From: a virus | IMG/VR virus record: IMGVR_UViG_3300020118_000164 | Coordinates: 29,368 to 93,367 of that record | Length of the DNA: 64,000 bases | Reading direction: 5' to 3' (one strand) | Part shown: positions 56,224-64,000 of the stretch, piece by piece | How the letters are laid out: the number at the start of each line of letters is the position of its first letter | How positions within the stretch are numbered: the stretch's first letter is position 1 | Made by a program: the position numbers and the translations under genes | Notes under the pieces: generated by a model | The model's database searches: none | The model's input: only the letters and a program-made list of their open reading frames with translations | Told to the model about the DNA's origin: nothing

Positions 56224-56541
56224 ATGAGCATCGCGGTTCGCATGGTGCGCGGCACGCCGACTGATCCGGCGCTGCCGCTTTGCGCCCGCTGCAAGAACTC
56301 CTGGGCAACGCGCGACAGCCAAGGCCGCACCCAATTCCGATGCAACCTCACCGGCCCCGCCGTGCTCCGGCAGAAGATCGTGGAATGCACTGCCTTCTAC
56401 CCGAGCCAAGAGCCGTGGCTGTGGGAGTATGAGTCTCTAGCGTGGGTATGGGCATCAGGGCCGACCGGCGCTCCCGCCTTCGTGCGGCTACGGGATCTCG
56501 AAACGCCGGGCATCGCGGTCGGGCCGCGCACGGGATTCTAG
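56224..56541 (+). CDS. Cys-containing hypothetical protein
   Basis: LCARC..C..VEC..Y; ATGA coupling. Confidence 0.55.
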   Translation: MSIAVRMVRGTPTDPALPLCARCKNSWATRDSQGRTQFRCNLTGPAVLRQKIVECTAFYPSQEPWLWEYESLAWVWASGPTGAPAFVRLRDLETPGIAVGPRTGF

Positions 56542-56553
56542 AATCGCCCGCTG

Positions 56554-57015
56554 ATGGACGCGCCCGCCCTCGCCCGCAAGGTCATAGAGCACTTCGAGGG
56601 CTCCCGTCTCTTGCCCTACGACGACGCTACGGGGAAGACGATCAAGAGCCTAGCGGAGTGCCGTGGCAAGCCGACCATCGGGATCGGCCACGCCTTCAGG
56701 CCAGAGGAGTGGGAGCGCTTCGCCAACGGCATCGCACCGGAAGAGCAGGCGGCGCTCCTCGCCGAGGACATGGCGGCGGCGGTCCGTGCCGTCAAGCCAA
56801 CCGGGCGAGGCGTGGCGGCTGATGCCGCGTTGATTGACTTCGCCTTCAACGCCGGAGCCGGTGCTCTCGCGCAGCTCCTCGCCCACCCCGACCCACAGAA
56901 CCAATTCGAGCTGTGGGTACACGCTCACGTCGGCGGGAAGGTGGTCGTAGATGAGGGGCTGGTCAAGCGGCGGGCGGTGGACTCGTTCCTGTTCTTCCTG
57001 GGAGACCTGGGGTGA
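56554..57015 (+). CDS. Endolysin, GH24 (T4/P21-type) lysozyme
   Basis: FEG.RL.PYDD..PTIGIGH; ALIDFAFNAG; WVH..G.V..GLVKRR. Confidence 0.88.
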   Translation: MDAPALARKVIEHFEGSRLLPYDDATGKTIKSLAECRGKPTIGIGHAFRPEEWERFANGIAPEEQAALLAEDMAAAVRAVKPTGRGVAADAALIDFAFNAGAGALAQLLAHPDPQNQFELWVHAHVGGKVVVDEGLVKRRAVDSFLFFLGDLG

Positions 57016-57658
57016 TCCTGGCGGCCGCGCCAGCTCCTCCCGACTGGCTGGCCGCGAGCATTTGGCCGGTCTTGGTCGCTCAGGCAGCCATCGGGATCAT
57101 CGGCGCCATCGGATTCTTCGCCGTCATCCGGCGCTTTCTCACGGTAGAATTCCCCGCGGCCATGGAAGGCGTGAATAAGCAGCTCACCAGCATTTGCGTT
57201 GAGGTGGCGGAGATCAAAGAAGAGCTGCACAAATATCAGATCGATTTCGTAGAGCTTCGGGAGAGAGTTGCCAACCTCAAATTTCGGCAGGACTTGGATG
57301 AGACCAGGACAGGTAATAGAAGGCCCGCGCCTCGCTAGCACAGGGGAGACGAATGGACGAGAGACCGATAAATCTCACGGTGCAGCTACCCGCGGGCGCG
57401 TCCATGTTTCCGTCCTGGCTTACCGTCTTATTCATTGGCGCCTTTGTGATAGCAAGCGTCGCGTTGCTCCTGGTTTGGGAGGCCAATCGCGACCTCGCTC
57501 GCGAGGTGCGAGTGCTGCAAGTCCACGCTCAGGACATAGAGAACGTGCTCATTCGTCGCGGCGAGGCAACGCGTCAGGACTTCGTACAATGGGAGGCCGG
57601 TTCGGCGTCTCCAACGCAGTCCCCTACGCCGGCCGCCCGACCAACCAAGGAGAGATAG
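57012..57658 (+). CDS. Two TM/coiled-coil lysis-cassette proteins (57012-57338, 57353-57658), holin/antiholin candidates
   Basis: Single TM helix plus coiled coil, directly after the endolysin. Confidence 0.55.
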
Positions 57659-58230
57659 GCCATGGGTTGCTCTGTCTGCAAGGAAATCATTGACAACGGA
57701 TACGCCGTCACCCATCAGATCGGGTGCATGGCGACGTCCATCCTGCTCGCGGCATCATTCGACGGCCCGCAGCCGACGCCCGAGATGGCTGCGGAGTTCA
57801 AGGCCCGCAGCGAGGGCCTTGCCCGTGCCGCGGCGGCGATCGAGGCATACGTCAACCCGAAGGAGAAGGGGCAGGGGCAGATGGCGGGCACGGACAATCC
57901 GGCGGGCGGAGGGGCGTAATCGTGACCGCCGCAGACGCGCGGCTCCGCGACCGCCTCTTGCATTGGATCGGGTGCCCGACAAGGGCAACTCCGGCCGGTA
58001 GCTCCGGAGAACCTCTGGTGCGGACTCACCTCAGGGCGCGAATGCGGGTCTCCAGGCTCCTGGACCGGGCCGAGGATTCGGTTCGCACCGCCGTCCTGCT
58101 CGCCCTGGACAAGCACCTGATCCAGGGCATCGACGCGGACGAAGTAGACCACTTCGCCGACACGATGCGGCGGAGGTTCCTGGAGGCGCTCGGCGAACCG
58201 CCAGCGCTGGCAGTCGAGGAGGGATAGAGC

Positions 58231-58407
58231 ATGAGCATCGCGGCGTTCGTCCCGTTCCTGATGGCTATAGGCGGCGGTCTGGTGTACTTGGTCGCCAACG
58301 ACCCGAGGTGGAGCAAGATCGCGGAGTGCGGGCGGCTCTGCATGCTCGGGGGCTTCGTCGGCATCGCGATCGGCTATGCCGGGCACGTAGTCTCCCTCGG
58401 CCGCTAA
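58231..58407 (+). CDS. Small two-TM holin-like protein (58 aa, not in ORF track)
   Basis: MSIAAFVPFLMAIGGGLVYLVANDPRWSKIAECGRLCMLGGFVGIAIGYAGHVVSLGR; GAGGAGG upstream. Confidence 0.55.
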   Translation: MSIAAFVPFLMAIGGGLVYLVANDPRWSKIAECGRLCMLGGFVGIAIGYAGHVVSLGR

Positions 58408-58422
58408 GGACGACGTCCGCCG

Positions 58423-58899
58423 GTGTCGGCCAAGTCTCGCTGCAAATGGACGGCCGATCTGCTTTTCGAGCACTTCCATGCAATCCTGGCGGAACGTGAC
58501 CGCCGAGCCGAGCAGCATGCCAATGATCAAGGGCAGGCACTGGACGCCGCGCTCTCTGCGACTCGCGAAGCTGCACAGGCCGCGCTCACGGAGACCAAGG
58601 CAGCGATCGTCAAGAGCGAGGATTCCGTCTCGGAGCGGTTTGAGACGCACAACCGCTTCCGTGAACAGATCCTTGCGGAGCGAGCGAACTTCCCGACGCG
58701 CGCCGAGGTCACGGCCAGCATCCGCGCGGCCGAGGTGCGCATGGACAATCTCGCCGCGGAGATCCTTGAGGCGAAACGGGCCATCGCGCAGTTCCGTGAC
58801 AGGGAGCGCGGGCTCGGGCTCGGCGCCAAGATCCTGATGGGGACCGCGGCCTTCATTGTGGCGCTCCTCACGATCTACTTCACGCTGCACGGCAAGTAG
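58423..58899 (+). CDS. Coiled-coil protein with C-terminal TM anchor
   Basis: A..KSE.....RFE..N.FR..L pattern; C-terminal hydrophobic helix. Confidence 0.65.
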   Translation: MSAKSRCKWTADLLFEHFHAILAERDRRAEQHANDQGQALDAALSATREAAQAALTETKAAIVKSEDSVSERFETHNRFREQILAERANFPTRAEVTASIRAAEVRMDNLAAEILEAKRAIAQFRDRERGLGLGAKILMGTAAFIVALLTIYFTLHGK

Positions 58900-59120
58900 G
58901 ATTTCATGATCTCGTCCGAAATGGCCGGCCCCTTCTATTCGCCGCGGGGGCCTTTGCGCAGCGACCGCCGCGATGCGCTAGTGATCGGGCGCGTCTACGT
59001 CTGTTGGGATGGGTGGTGGTTTCGCCGCCTGCGATGGACCGCGCGCGGCTGGCGACAGATCCGCGGATGGCCGGCGGTGCCTCAACGGCCGATGAGTTGG
59101 GCATTGGCGGAGATGATCGA

Positions 59121-59897
59121 GTGATCCCGTTCGACGCCGCTTCGACGGCCTACTCGCAATCTCTGGCTCTTCACTGCGCCGAGCTATCAGCTCTCGCCTA
59201 CTCACCGGCTCAGTCCGCATGCGATGGCGCCCGCGCCCTCGGCTACGACCTCGCTCGCTTCATCGATTCCGGCAGCTCTAGCCAGGTGCTCATAGCGGCC
59301 AGCGCGGCTCATCTCGTGGCAGCCTTCCGGGGCACGGAATGGCAGCGGATCGCGGACTGGGAACGAGACGGCGCGGCCTGTCTGGTACCGGGCCCTGGTA
59401 GCCAGCGGGTGCATCGGGGCTTCCTGCGCGCCCTCCAGGAGGTCGAGGACGAGCTAGAGATGGTGCTTGTCGATCTCGGCCCCGGCCGCGCGCTCTGGCT
59501 CACCGGGCACAGCTTAGGGGGCGCCGTAGCCACCCTAGCCGCCGCCTACCTCGCCCTAGAAGTAGATCGGCCAGTCCACGGTGTATACACCTACGGCTCG
59601 CCACGCGTCGGCTCCCGCGGATTCGCGGACCTCTATGACGGAGTGATGCGGGAGAGGACGTGGCGGGTCTCCCGCGCCGGGGATCTGGTGACTCGCGTCC
59701 CTCCGCGCATCGCCGGCTACTCCCATGTCGGCAGCGACCTCTTCATCAGCATAGGGGGAGCCATCTTGACCGACCCGGCGGGATGGCTCCAAGAGCTGAA
59801 CTGCGTCGAGGCCAACCTAGAGGTCATAGGACACCTAGAACTGGCCGGCATCGCGGAGCATGAGATGGACGGGTACCGGCGGGCGCTGTCGGTCTAG
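59121..59897 (+). CDS. Class 3 lipase (alpha/beta hydrolase)
   Basis: AFRGTE, VHRGF, TGHSLGGA, YTYGSPRVG, DLVTRVPP, terminal H. Confidence 0.92.
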   Translation: MIPFDAASTAYSQSLALHCAELSALAYSPAQSACDGARALGYDLARFIDSGSSSQVLIAASAAHLVAAFRGTEWQRIADWERDGAACLVPGPGSQRVHRGFLRALQEVEDELEMVLVDLGPGRALWLTGHSLGGAVATLAAAYLALEVDRPVHGVYTYGSPRVGSRGFADLYDGVMRERTWRVSRAGDLVTRVPPRIAGYSHVGSDLFISIGGAILTDPAGWLQELNCVEANLEVIGHLELAGIAEHEMDGYRRALSV

Positions 59898-60862
59898 GGC
59901 GATACAAACACTCTTCCGCGGGATGGCACGCGATCCTCTTTGGCCTTCGCGATTCTCTTTGTCGGTCGGCTCCGCTTGGAAGGCGTTCGACCGCGGAAAA
60001 AATATCGAGGCCGGGTTTGCTTCTCCTCTTCGTCAGGGCCAGCCTCTAGGTCTAGCTCCTCTACGCCTTCGGAGTAAACGACTTCGCCGGCTGAGTTGCG
60101 GAACGTAATGCCGGCCGCCTCGCCGCACCACCTGTCGCGGAGATCCGCAATGCTCTCGCTCAACGGCCGACTATCTGGATTCTTGGCGCTGTCAAGAGAG
60201 ATCGGGCCGTAGCGGTTCGGGAGAGCACGGTAGGCCGCCCTGATAAGCCTGGGCAGTTCGGCGCCGAGCCGTTCTTCTGGGAAGTCGCCCTGCAACAATC
60301 CCAGCACGGCCTCTTGCCCCACCTCGCGGCGCACCTCCTCTGGCAAGCTAGGCGGTATCGCGCAAGCTACGAGAAGAACGACTCGGTGCTCCTCTTTTGG
60401 CGCTTCGGCGATGAACGGCCAATGTTCGGGAATGGATACCTTGGCCCGCTTCTCCGGCTTCAGCTTGCGGGGCCTGGCCTCCCAATAGGCACGAATCCAC
60501 TCTTGCCGATTAGGACTCTGCGCGAACCGCCACGAGCACCATCCATTGTGTCTAGGCCGGCCGCAGCCGCAGTAATCAATCGCAAGAGACTTCGCCCAAT
60601 GCTGGGCCGTTATCTTGCTACAGCTTGCGCGCGCGGCAGCTTGTCGATAGCTGCAACCCTGCATCAACGCTTCGACTAGGAGCACGGCGCGACCATGTGG
60701 GAGAGAGTTGTTTCCCCCCTTCTCGCACTTCGCTCCGTCCTGAAAATGCCGGGAACAGCGCCGGCAGAACCATCGCTGGCGGCCTCTGCGCTCAGTTCCG
60801 AACTTCGTTGGTTTGCCGCCGCAGCCGGGGCAGCGCGGCCGATCGCCTGATTCCGCTAGCAT
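59894..60862 (-). CDS. InsA-like Zn ribbon + HTH + sigma-like helical domain protein
   Basis: CPGCG..K.G..GRQRWFCRRC; GCSYRQAAARASCSKITAQHW; REVGQEAVLGLL..ISLD; no DDE core. Confidence 0.6.
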   Translation of the reverse strand: MLAESGDRPRCPGCGGKPTKFGTERRGRQRWFCRRCSRHFQDGAKCEKGGNNSLPHGRAVLLVEALMQGCSYRQAAARASCSKITAQHWAKSLAIDYCGCGRPRHNGWCSWRFAQSPNRQEWIRAYWEARPRKLKPEKRAKVSIPEHWPFIAEAPKEEHRVVLLVACAIPPSLPEEVRREVGQEAVLGLLQGDFPEERLGAELPRLIRAAYRALPNRYGPISLDSAKNPDSRPLSESIADLRDRWCGEAAGITFRNSAGEVVYSEGVEELDLEAGPDEEEKQTRPRYFFRGRTPSKRSRPTKRIAKAKEDRVPSRGRVFVSP

Positions 60863-60873
60863 GTCAGACCCGC

Positions 60874-60902
60874 ACCATAGCATGGTGCCGTCCCAGAATC
60901 AA
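60874..60902 (-). promoter_or_regulatory. Promoter TTGATT-N17-TATGGT with operator A (60874-60886)
   Basis: GCACCATAGCATGGTGC extended inverted repeat. Confidence 0.7.
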
Positions 60903-60958
60903 CGGCGATGCGCTATACTCTCCTCCGCGGCGCAGAGCAGCCGCCTTCCGCTCCACAA

Positions 60959-61033
60959 GCCGGCGAGGCCCTGCGGAGGGGCGCCATCTTTGTAAGGTGG
61001 CCGAAACGAGTTCGACTCTCGTAGCCGGCTCCA
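60959..61033 (+). tRNA. tRNA-Thr(TGT), atypical
   Basis: Acceptor GCCGGC/GCCGGC, D stem GCCC/GGGC, anticodon CCATC-TTTGTAA-GGTGG, T arm ACGAG-TTCGACT-CTCGT, encoded CCA. Confidence 0.8.
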
Positions 61034-61036
61034 TTT

Positions 61037-61114
61037 CGGGGCGTAGCTCAGCCTGGATAGAGCTCTCGGCCTGGGACCGAGAGGCCGCACGTTCAAATCG
61101 TGCCGCCCCGACCA
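61037..61114 (+). tRNA. tRNA-Pro(TGG) with C33
   Basis: CGGGGCG/CGCCCCG-ACCA; anticodon arm CTCGG-CCTGGGA-CCGAG; T arm GCACG-TTCAAAT-CGTGC. Confidence 0.92.
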
Positions 61115-61173
61115 CTCCTCTCCGCTCACTCCAACCGCACGACGGGAATCCCCTTTGCGCTCCGCCCGCCGGA

Positions 61174-61638
61174 TCATGCGCGGCAGCACTCGCATCCGAA
61201 TCCGTCTCCGGGCGCGCCGCAGGTAGGGCACGGCCCTGTCCAGTCGCCATCCTTGCCGATATCATAGAGCGGCCTGCCGAAGTCGAGAGCGAATCCGCGC
61301 GTTCTCTCAGTGCCGCGACCGCCAGGAAGGCATACGACCGCGCCGGCCGCTATGACCATGCGGCGACTGCGCTCCGGTCCGCAGCCCGGCCAGCCGATCG
61401 TCACCTGGAGAGGAGGAAACCGCTCAATCGGAATGCCGCGCGCCGTCGCTCGTTCTTCTATCCAGGCATCTACTCCGCGCATGCGCACAGGCACTCCGTC
61501 GGTGAGAGGCGTGCCGATGGCCGGGCAGCATCCATGCAGGATGACTGTCCCGCCGAGCATCGCGTAGATCCGGCCGAATGCGACCGCCTGCATACGTGTC
61601 GGCCGCCCATCACGAGAACCGGCGACGGCGATCTTCAT
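61174..61638 (-). CDS. SLOG/YspA-like (DUF2493) protein
   Basis: MKIAVAGSRD, ILHG, GVD, GPERSRRM, PGGRGT. Confidence 0.8.
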   Translation of the reverse strand: MKIAVAGSRDGRPTRMQAVAFGRIYAMLGGTVILHGCCPAIGTPLTDGVPVRMRGVDAWIEERATARGIPIERFPPLQVTIGWPGCGPERSRRMVIAAGAVVCLPGGRGTERTRGFALDFGRPLYDIGKDGDWTGPCPTCGAPGDGFGCECCRA

Positions 61639-61664
61639 GGGGTGCCCTTCCTCTCGCCGGGAAC

Positions 61665-62240
61665 TCACGCCTGCCAGTTTCTGAGACAGTCCGGACAGTG
61701 CCAGCGGTTCAGCCCCCGACGCTTCCCTCGCCTCTCCGGCGCCACGGCGCAGCCGTTGGGGCAGGCGGGCCGCTCCACGACCGGGCCGACCACGGCCCAG
61801 GGCCTGAGCCGTTCCGTATCCCCTGCGGCCCTGCGGGCACGGCGGAGGGCCTCTGCGGCGCGCTTGGCGAGCCTCTCCCGCTCTTTGCGGTCCATGCCGC
61901 CCCGGACTGCCCGCGCGGCGTCGTGCTCGCGGCGGAGACGGGCTAGGCGCTCGGCGGGGGCCTCTGGGGCGACGGCAGGCGGAAGCTCTGGAGGATCTGA
62001 CTCGGGGTCCTCCATCGGGATCGCCTCGACGGCCTCTCCGAAAGACGCGATGACTTGCTGCACGACGGTGAGCGGCGGCCATGGATCAGGTGCCAGCCTC
62101 GGGCGCCTCGGCCGTGCGGCGACAACCGGCGCCACCTTCCGCCCCGGCATTAGGTGCTCCGGTATCGGCCCCTGCGCCGTGGAGGGGTTGATGGGCTCTA
62201 TATCGGAGAGCCTGCCGCGGAGCTTGCCGGCGTAGGTCAT
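61665..62240 (-). CDS. Hypothetical protein with C-terminal Zn ribbon
   Basis: CPNGC..WHCPDC; ATGA overlap. Confidence 0.45.
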   Translation of the reverse strand: MTYAGKLRGRLSDIEPINPSTAQGPIPEHLMPGRKVAPVVAARPRRPRLAPDPWPPLTVVQQVIASFGEAVEAIPMEDPESDPPELPPAVAPEAPAERLARLRREHDAARAVRGGMDRKERERLAKRAAEALRRARRAAGDTERLRPWAVVGPVVERPACPNGCAVAPERRGKRRGLNRWHCPDCLRNWQA

Positions 62241-62701
62241 GCGTGCGCACTTTTCTGGATGGAGGTCAGCCTCCTCACCCATCGCGTGCGCGGTGCCTCG
62301 ATTACCGGCGGCCGGCGCGGTCGGCTTGGGCGCGAATGGCTGCGGCCCTCCGTCATTCCACATTCTGTGAAGCCTGCGGCGCGAAGGCTTATCCCCGGTT
62401 CATCCGGCAAGGTGTAGGTCCAGACTTCGGTATAGCCGAGCGCCTTCGCAGCACGGCATAGCGCGCCATAGATCGAGGAGCACGCGTTGAAGTAGCCATC
62501 AGTCGCGACTCTCGACACGATCAAGCGGCCGCTTGCTTGCCAAACGCGCGGTGGATTGCCCGCTATGCCGACTCCGCGCAGCACTCCGTCGTCATCGACC
62601 ACGCCGACTGCGAAAAGACCGCCTTGAATCTCCGGCAAATGGCGGTGGACGGCTGCCACGAAGATTCGCGCTCTGCTGACGGTACACGGAACGATTCTCA
62701 C
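62237..62701 (-). CDS. XF1762-family (Mom-like GNAT) putative DNA-modifying protein
   Basis: FV...HRH..GG.FAVGV, V.RVATDG..NACS..YGA..RAAKALGY, TYTL..E.G.SLRAAGF. Confidence 0.8.
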   Translation of the reverse strand: MRIVPCTVSRARIFVAAVHRHLPEIQGGLFAVGVVDDDGVLRGVGIAGNPPRVWQASGRLIVSRVATDGYFNACSSIYGALCRAAKALGYTEVWTYTLPDEPGISLRAAGFTECGMTEGRSHSRPSRPRRPPVIEAPRTRWVRRLTSIQKSAHA

Positions 62702-62983
62702 CGCACTAGACTCCGGGCCAATGACACCCCGGCGCCGACGGCGTAGGTAGCGGCGCCGAGCGCGTAGAGGGCAAGCGTATGTGGGCCGAGGTGGGCTGCG
62801 GCGACCGCGACCGGCTCCGCAGAGACCCCGATGAGGAGGGCGCCGAGTCCATAGAGCGGCACGCTCGCTACTTGGAGAGCGCGGCGCCATGGCGAAGCAG
62901 CCCACTTCCGGCCCCGGTAGTAGTCACCGTTCATGGAGGGGTCGGAGGCGCCGGTGATTCGAATGGCCGACGGCCGCATCGCG

Positions 62984-63671
62984 CTACTCTTCCTTTTCGA
63001 TCTGCGGGCGGAGCGCAATCGCCAGCACGCGACCATCAGGGACATTGATCTCCACGATCTCGCCAGTCACCTCCGTTCCGACTTCCGGCAGGCACTGAGC
63101 CTCCGCCGATGTATCGGAAATCAGCAGGAGCAGCTCGGACTCCTCGATTTCCCCGATGCGCATGATCTTCATTCATCCTCCTCTTTGTGGCATGAGTAGG
63201 TGTCCGTCAGACGGCCAAGCGCTTCCGCCCATTCAGCGAGCGCCGCGCGTGACGCGGCCATGCTCACCGCCAGATCGCGGTTGAACAGCGTTACGTCCCA
63301 CCAGGCGATCGTAACCCCGTAGATCATCGGCCAGTAGAAGACGGGGTCATAGGCGCTAGCGATCCATCCGCGGGAGAGGGCGATGCGCCGGACGACACGG
63401 CGCCATCGCCACCGCAAGCGGTTGAGCGTCATCATGCGGAAGCGCTCGCAGCCGCGCGTCGAACCGGCCGGCATCGGCCCCGCGAGCGGCTTGCCTTCAC
63501 GCCCGGCTGCAACTGGCCCTTGCGGGCGATCCATGCCGCTAGCTCCGGAAGCCGTAGATCCATGCCCAGGTTCGACCGGGACGGATTGGGGCCGCGACGG
63601 ATCTTCGACAGCTCCTCCGGCGGCCATACCAGAATGTCGCCTCTCTTGGCTCCTTCTGCCTTCGGGGGCAT
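62984..63671 (-). CDS. Three small coupled hypothetical ORFs (62984-63172, 63169-63434, 63432-63671)
   Basis: Overlapping starts and stops. Confidence 0.45.
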
Positions 63672-63947
63672 CTAACCCTCCCTCTGAGAATCGATGAAGA
63701 CGTGGCCGACGAAGCCGCCGGATTCGAGCTGGTAGGTGCCGACGTACTCCCCTGGCTCCTGATAGATCGGGTGCCCGGTGCCGTAGGTCGAGAAGGTGCG
63801 GAACTCCTGCGGCGCCGAGGGGTCCACTAGAGCCCAGACGCAAGGCTTCTCGCGCTGGACCTGGCACGTCAGGATCTTGGCGCCGACCGGCATCTCGATC
63901 TCCTGCCGGTCGGTCACGAGGAGTGCGTACTTGAAGATGGCTTTCAC
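63672..63947 (-). CDS. Conserved small phage protein
   Basis: IFKY.L......IEMP.GA.IL..Q.Q....CVWALVD...GTGH...YVGTYQ...FV.HVF; GGAGGT RBS. Confidence 0.75.
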   Translation of the reverse strand: MKAIFKYALLVTDRQEIEMPVGAKILTCQVQREKPCVWALVDPSAPQEFRTFSTYGTGHPIYQEPGEYVGTYQLESGGFVGHVFIDSQREG

Positions 63948-64000
63948 GGCTTCACCTCCCGCGACATCCGCAGGTACGCGTCTCTGTATCCGTCCCCGTA

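Larger units (their letters stand above)
1..64000. mobile_element. Tailed phage/prophage genome segment (siphovirus-like, HK97-type head)
   Basis: Ordered terminase, portal, protease, capsid, tail tube, chaperone, tape measure, tail tip, lysis and replication genes; no host core genes; no integrase or att site seen in the window. Confidence 0.95.

Noticed and set aside
59894-60883. Active IS1 element
   Set aside because: No DDE/InsB domain, terminal inverted repeats or target duplication seen
60959-61114. tRNAs as host attachment site or prophage boundary
   Set aside because: Phage-type genes continue on both sides, no duplicated tRNA 3' end was seen, and there is no integrase nearby
60625-62235. 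536-aa plus-strand ORF
   Set aside because: Low-complexity Arg/Ala/Ser translation overlapping two tRNAs and genuine minus-strand genes

Overview
The whole window reads as part of one high-GC, long-tailed (siphovirus-like, HK97-fold) phage or prophage genome, and I see no host housekeeping genes. No integrase is visible, and both ends fall inside genes. Modules in order: (i) early/replication genes (HD hydrolase, GREB1/TAGT-like DNA glycosyltransferase, replication initiator with an internal ori, DnaB); (ii) two long non-coding, densely base-paired segments (about 6100-6400 and 7759-8405); (iii) a separate fibre module (9129-13278); (iv) packaging genes, with a Ro60/TROVE gene and two tandem Y-RNA-like ncRNAs between the small and large terminase; (v) portal, protease and a major capsid protein carrying an inserted domain; (vi) head-tail, tail tube, -1 frameshifting chaperone, a 2036-aa tape measure and tail tip genes; (vii) a minus-strand accessory block with small secreted proteins; (viii) lysis genes (lysozyme, holin-like proteins, class 3 lipase); (ix) two atypical tRNAs plus SLOG and Mom-like genes. 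A palindromic operator (ACCAT-N3-ATGGT) overlaps six sigma70-like promoters, and several transcripts look leaderless. The strongest novelty candidates are an RNA-centred toolkit (Ro60 with minimal tandem Y RNAs, two large structured RNAs, a KTSC protein and non-canonical tRNAs) and virion/fibre proteins with Sec-type signal peptides. All family calls come from motif recognition by eye, not from database searches.
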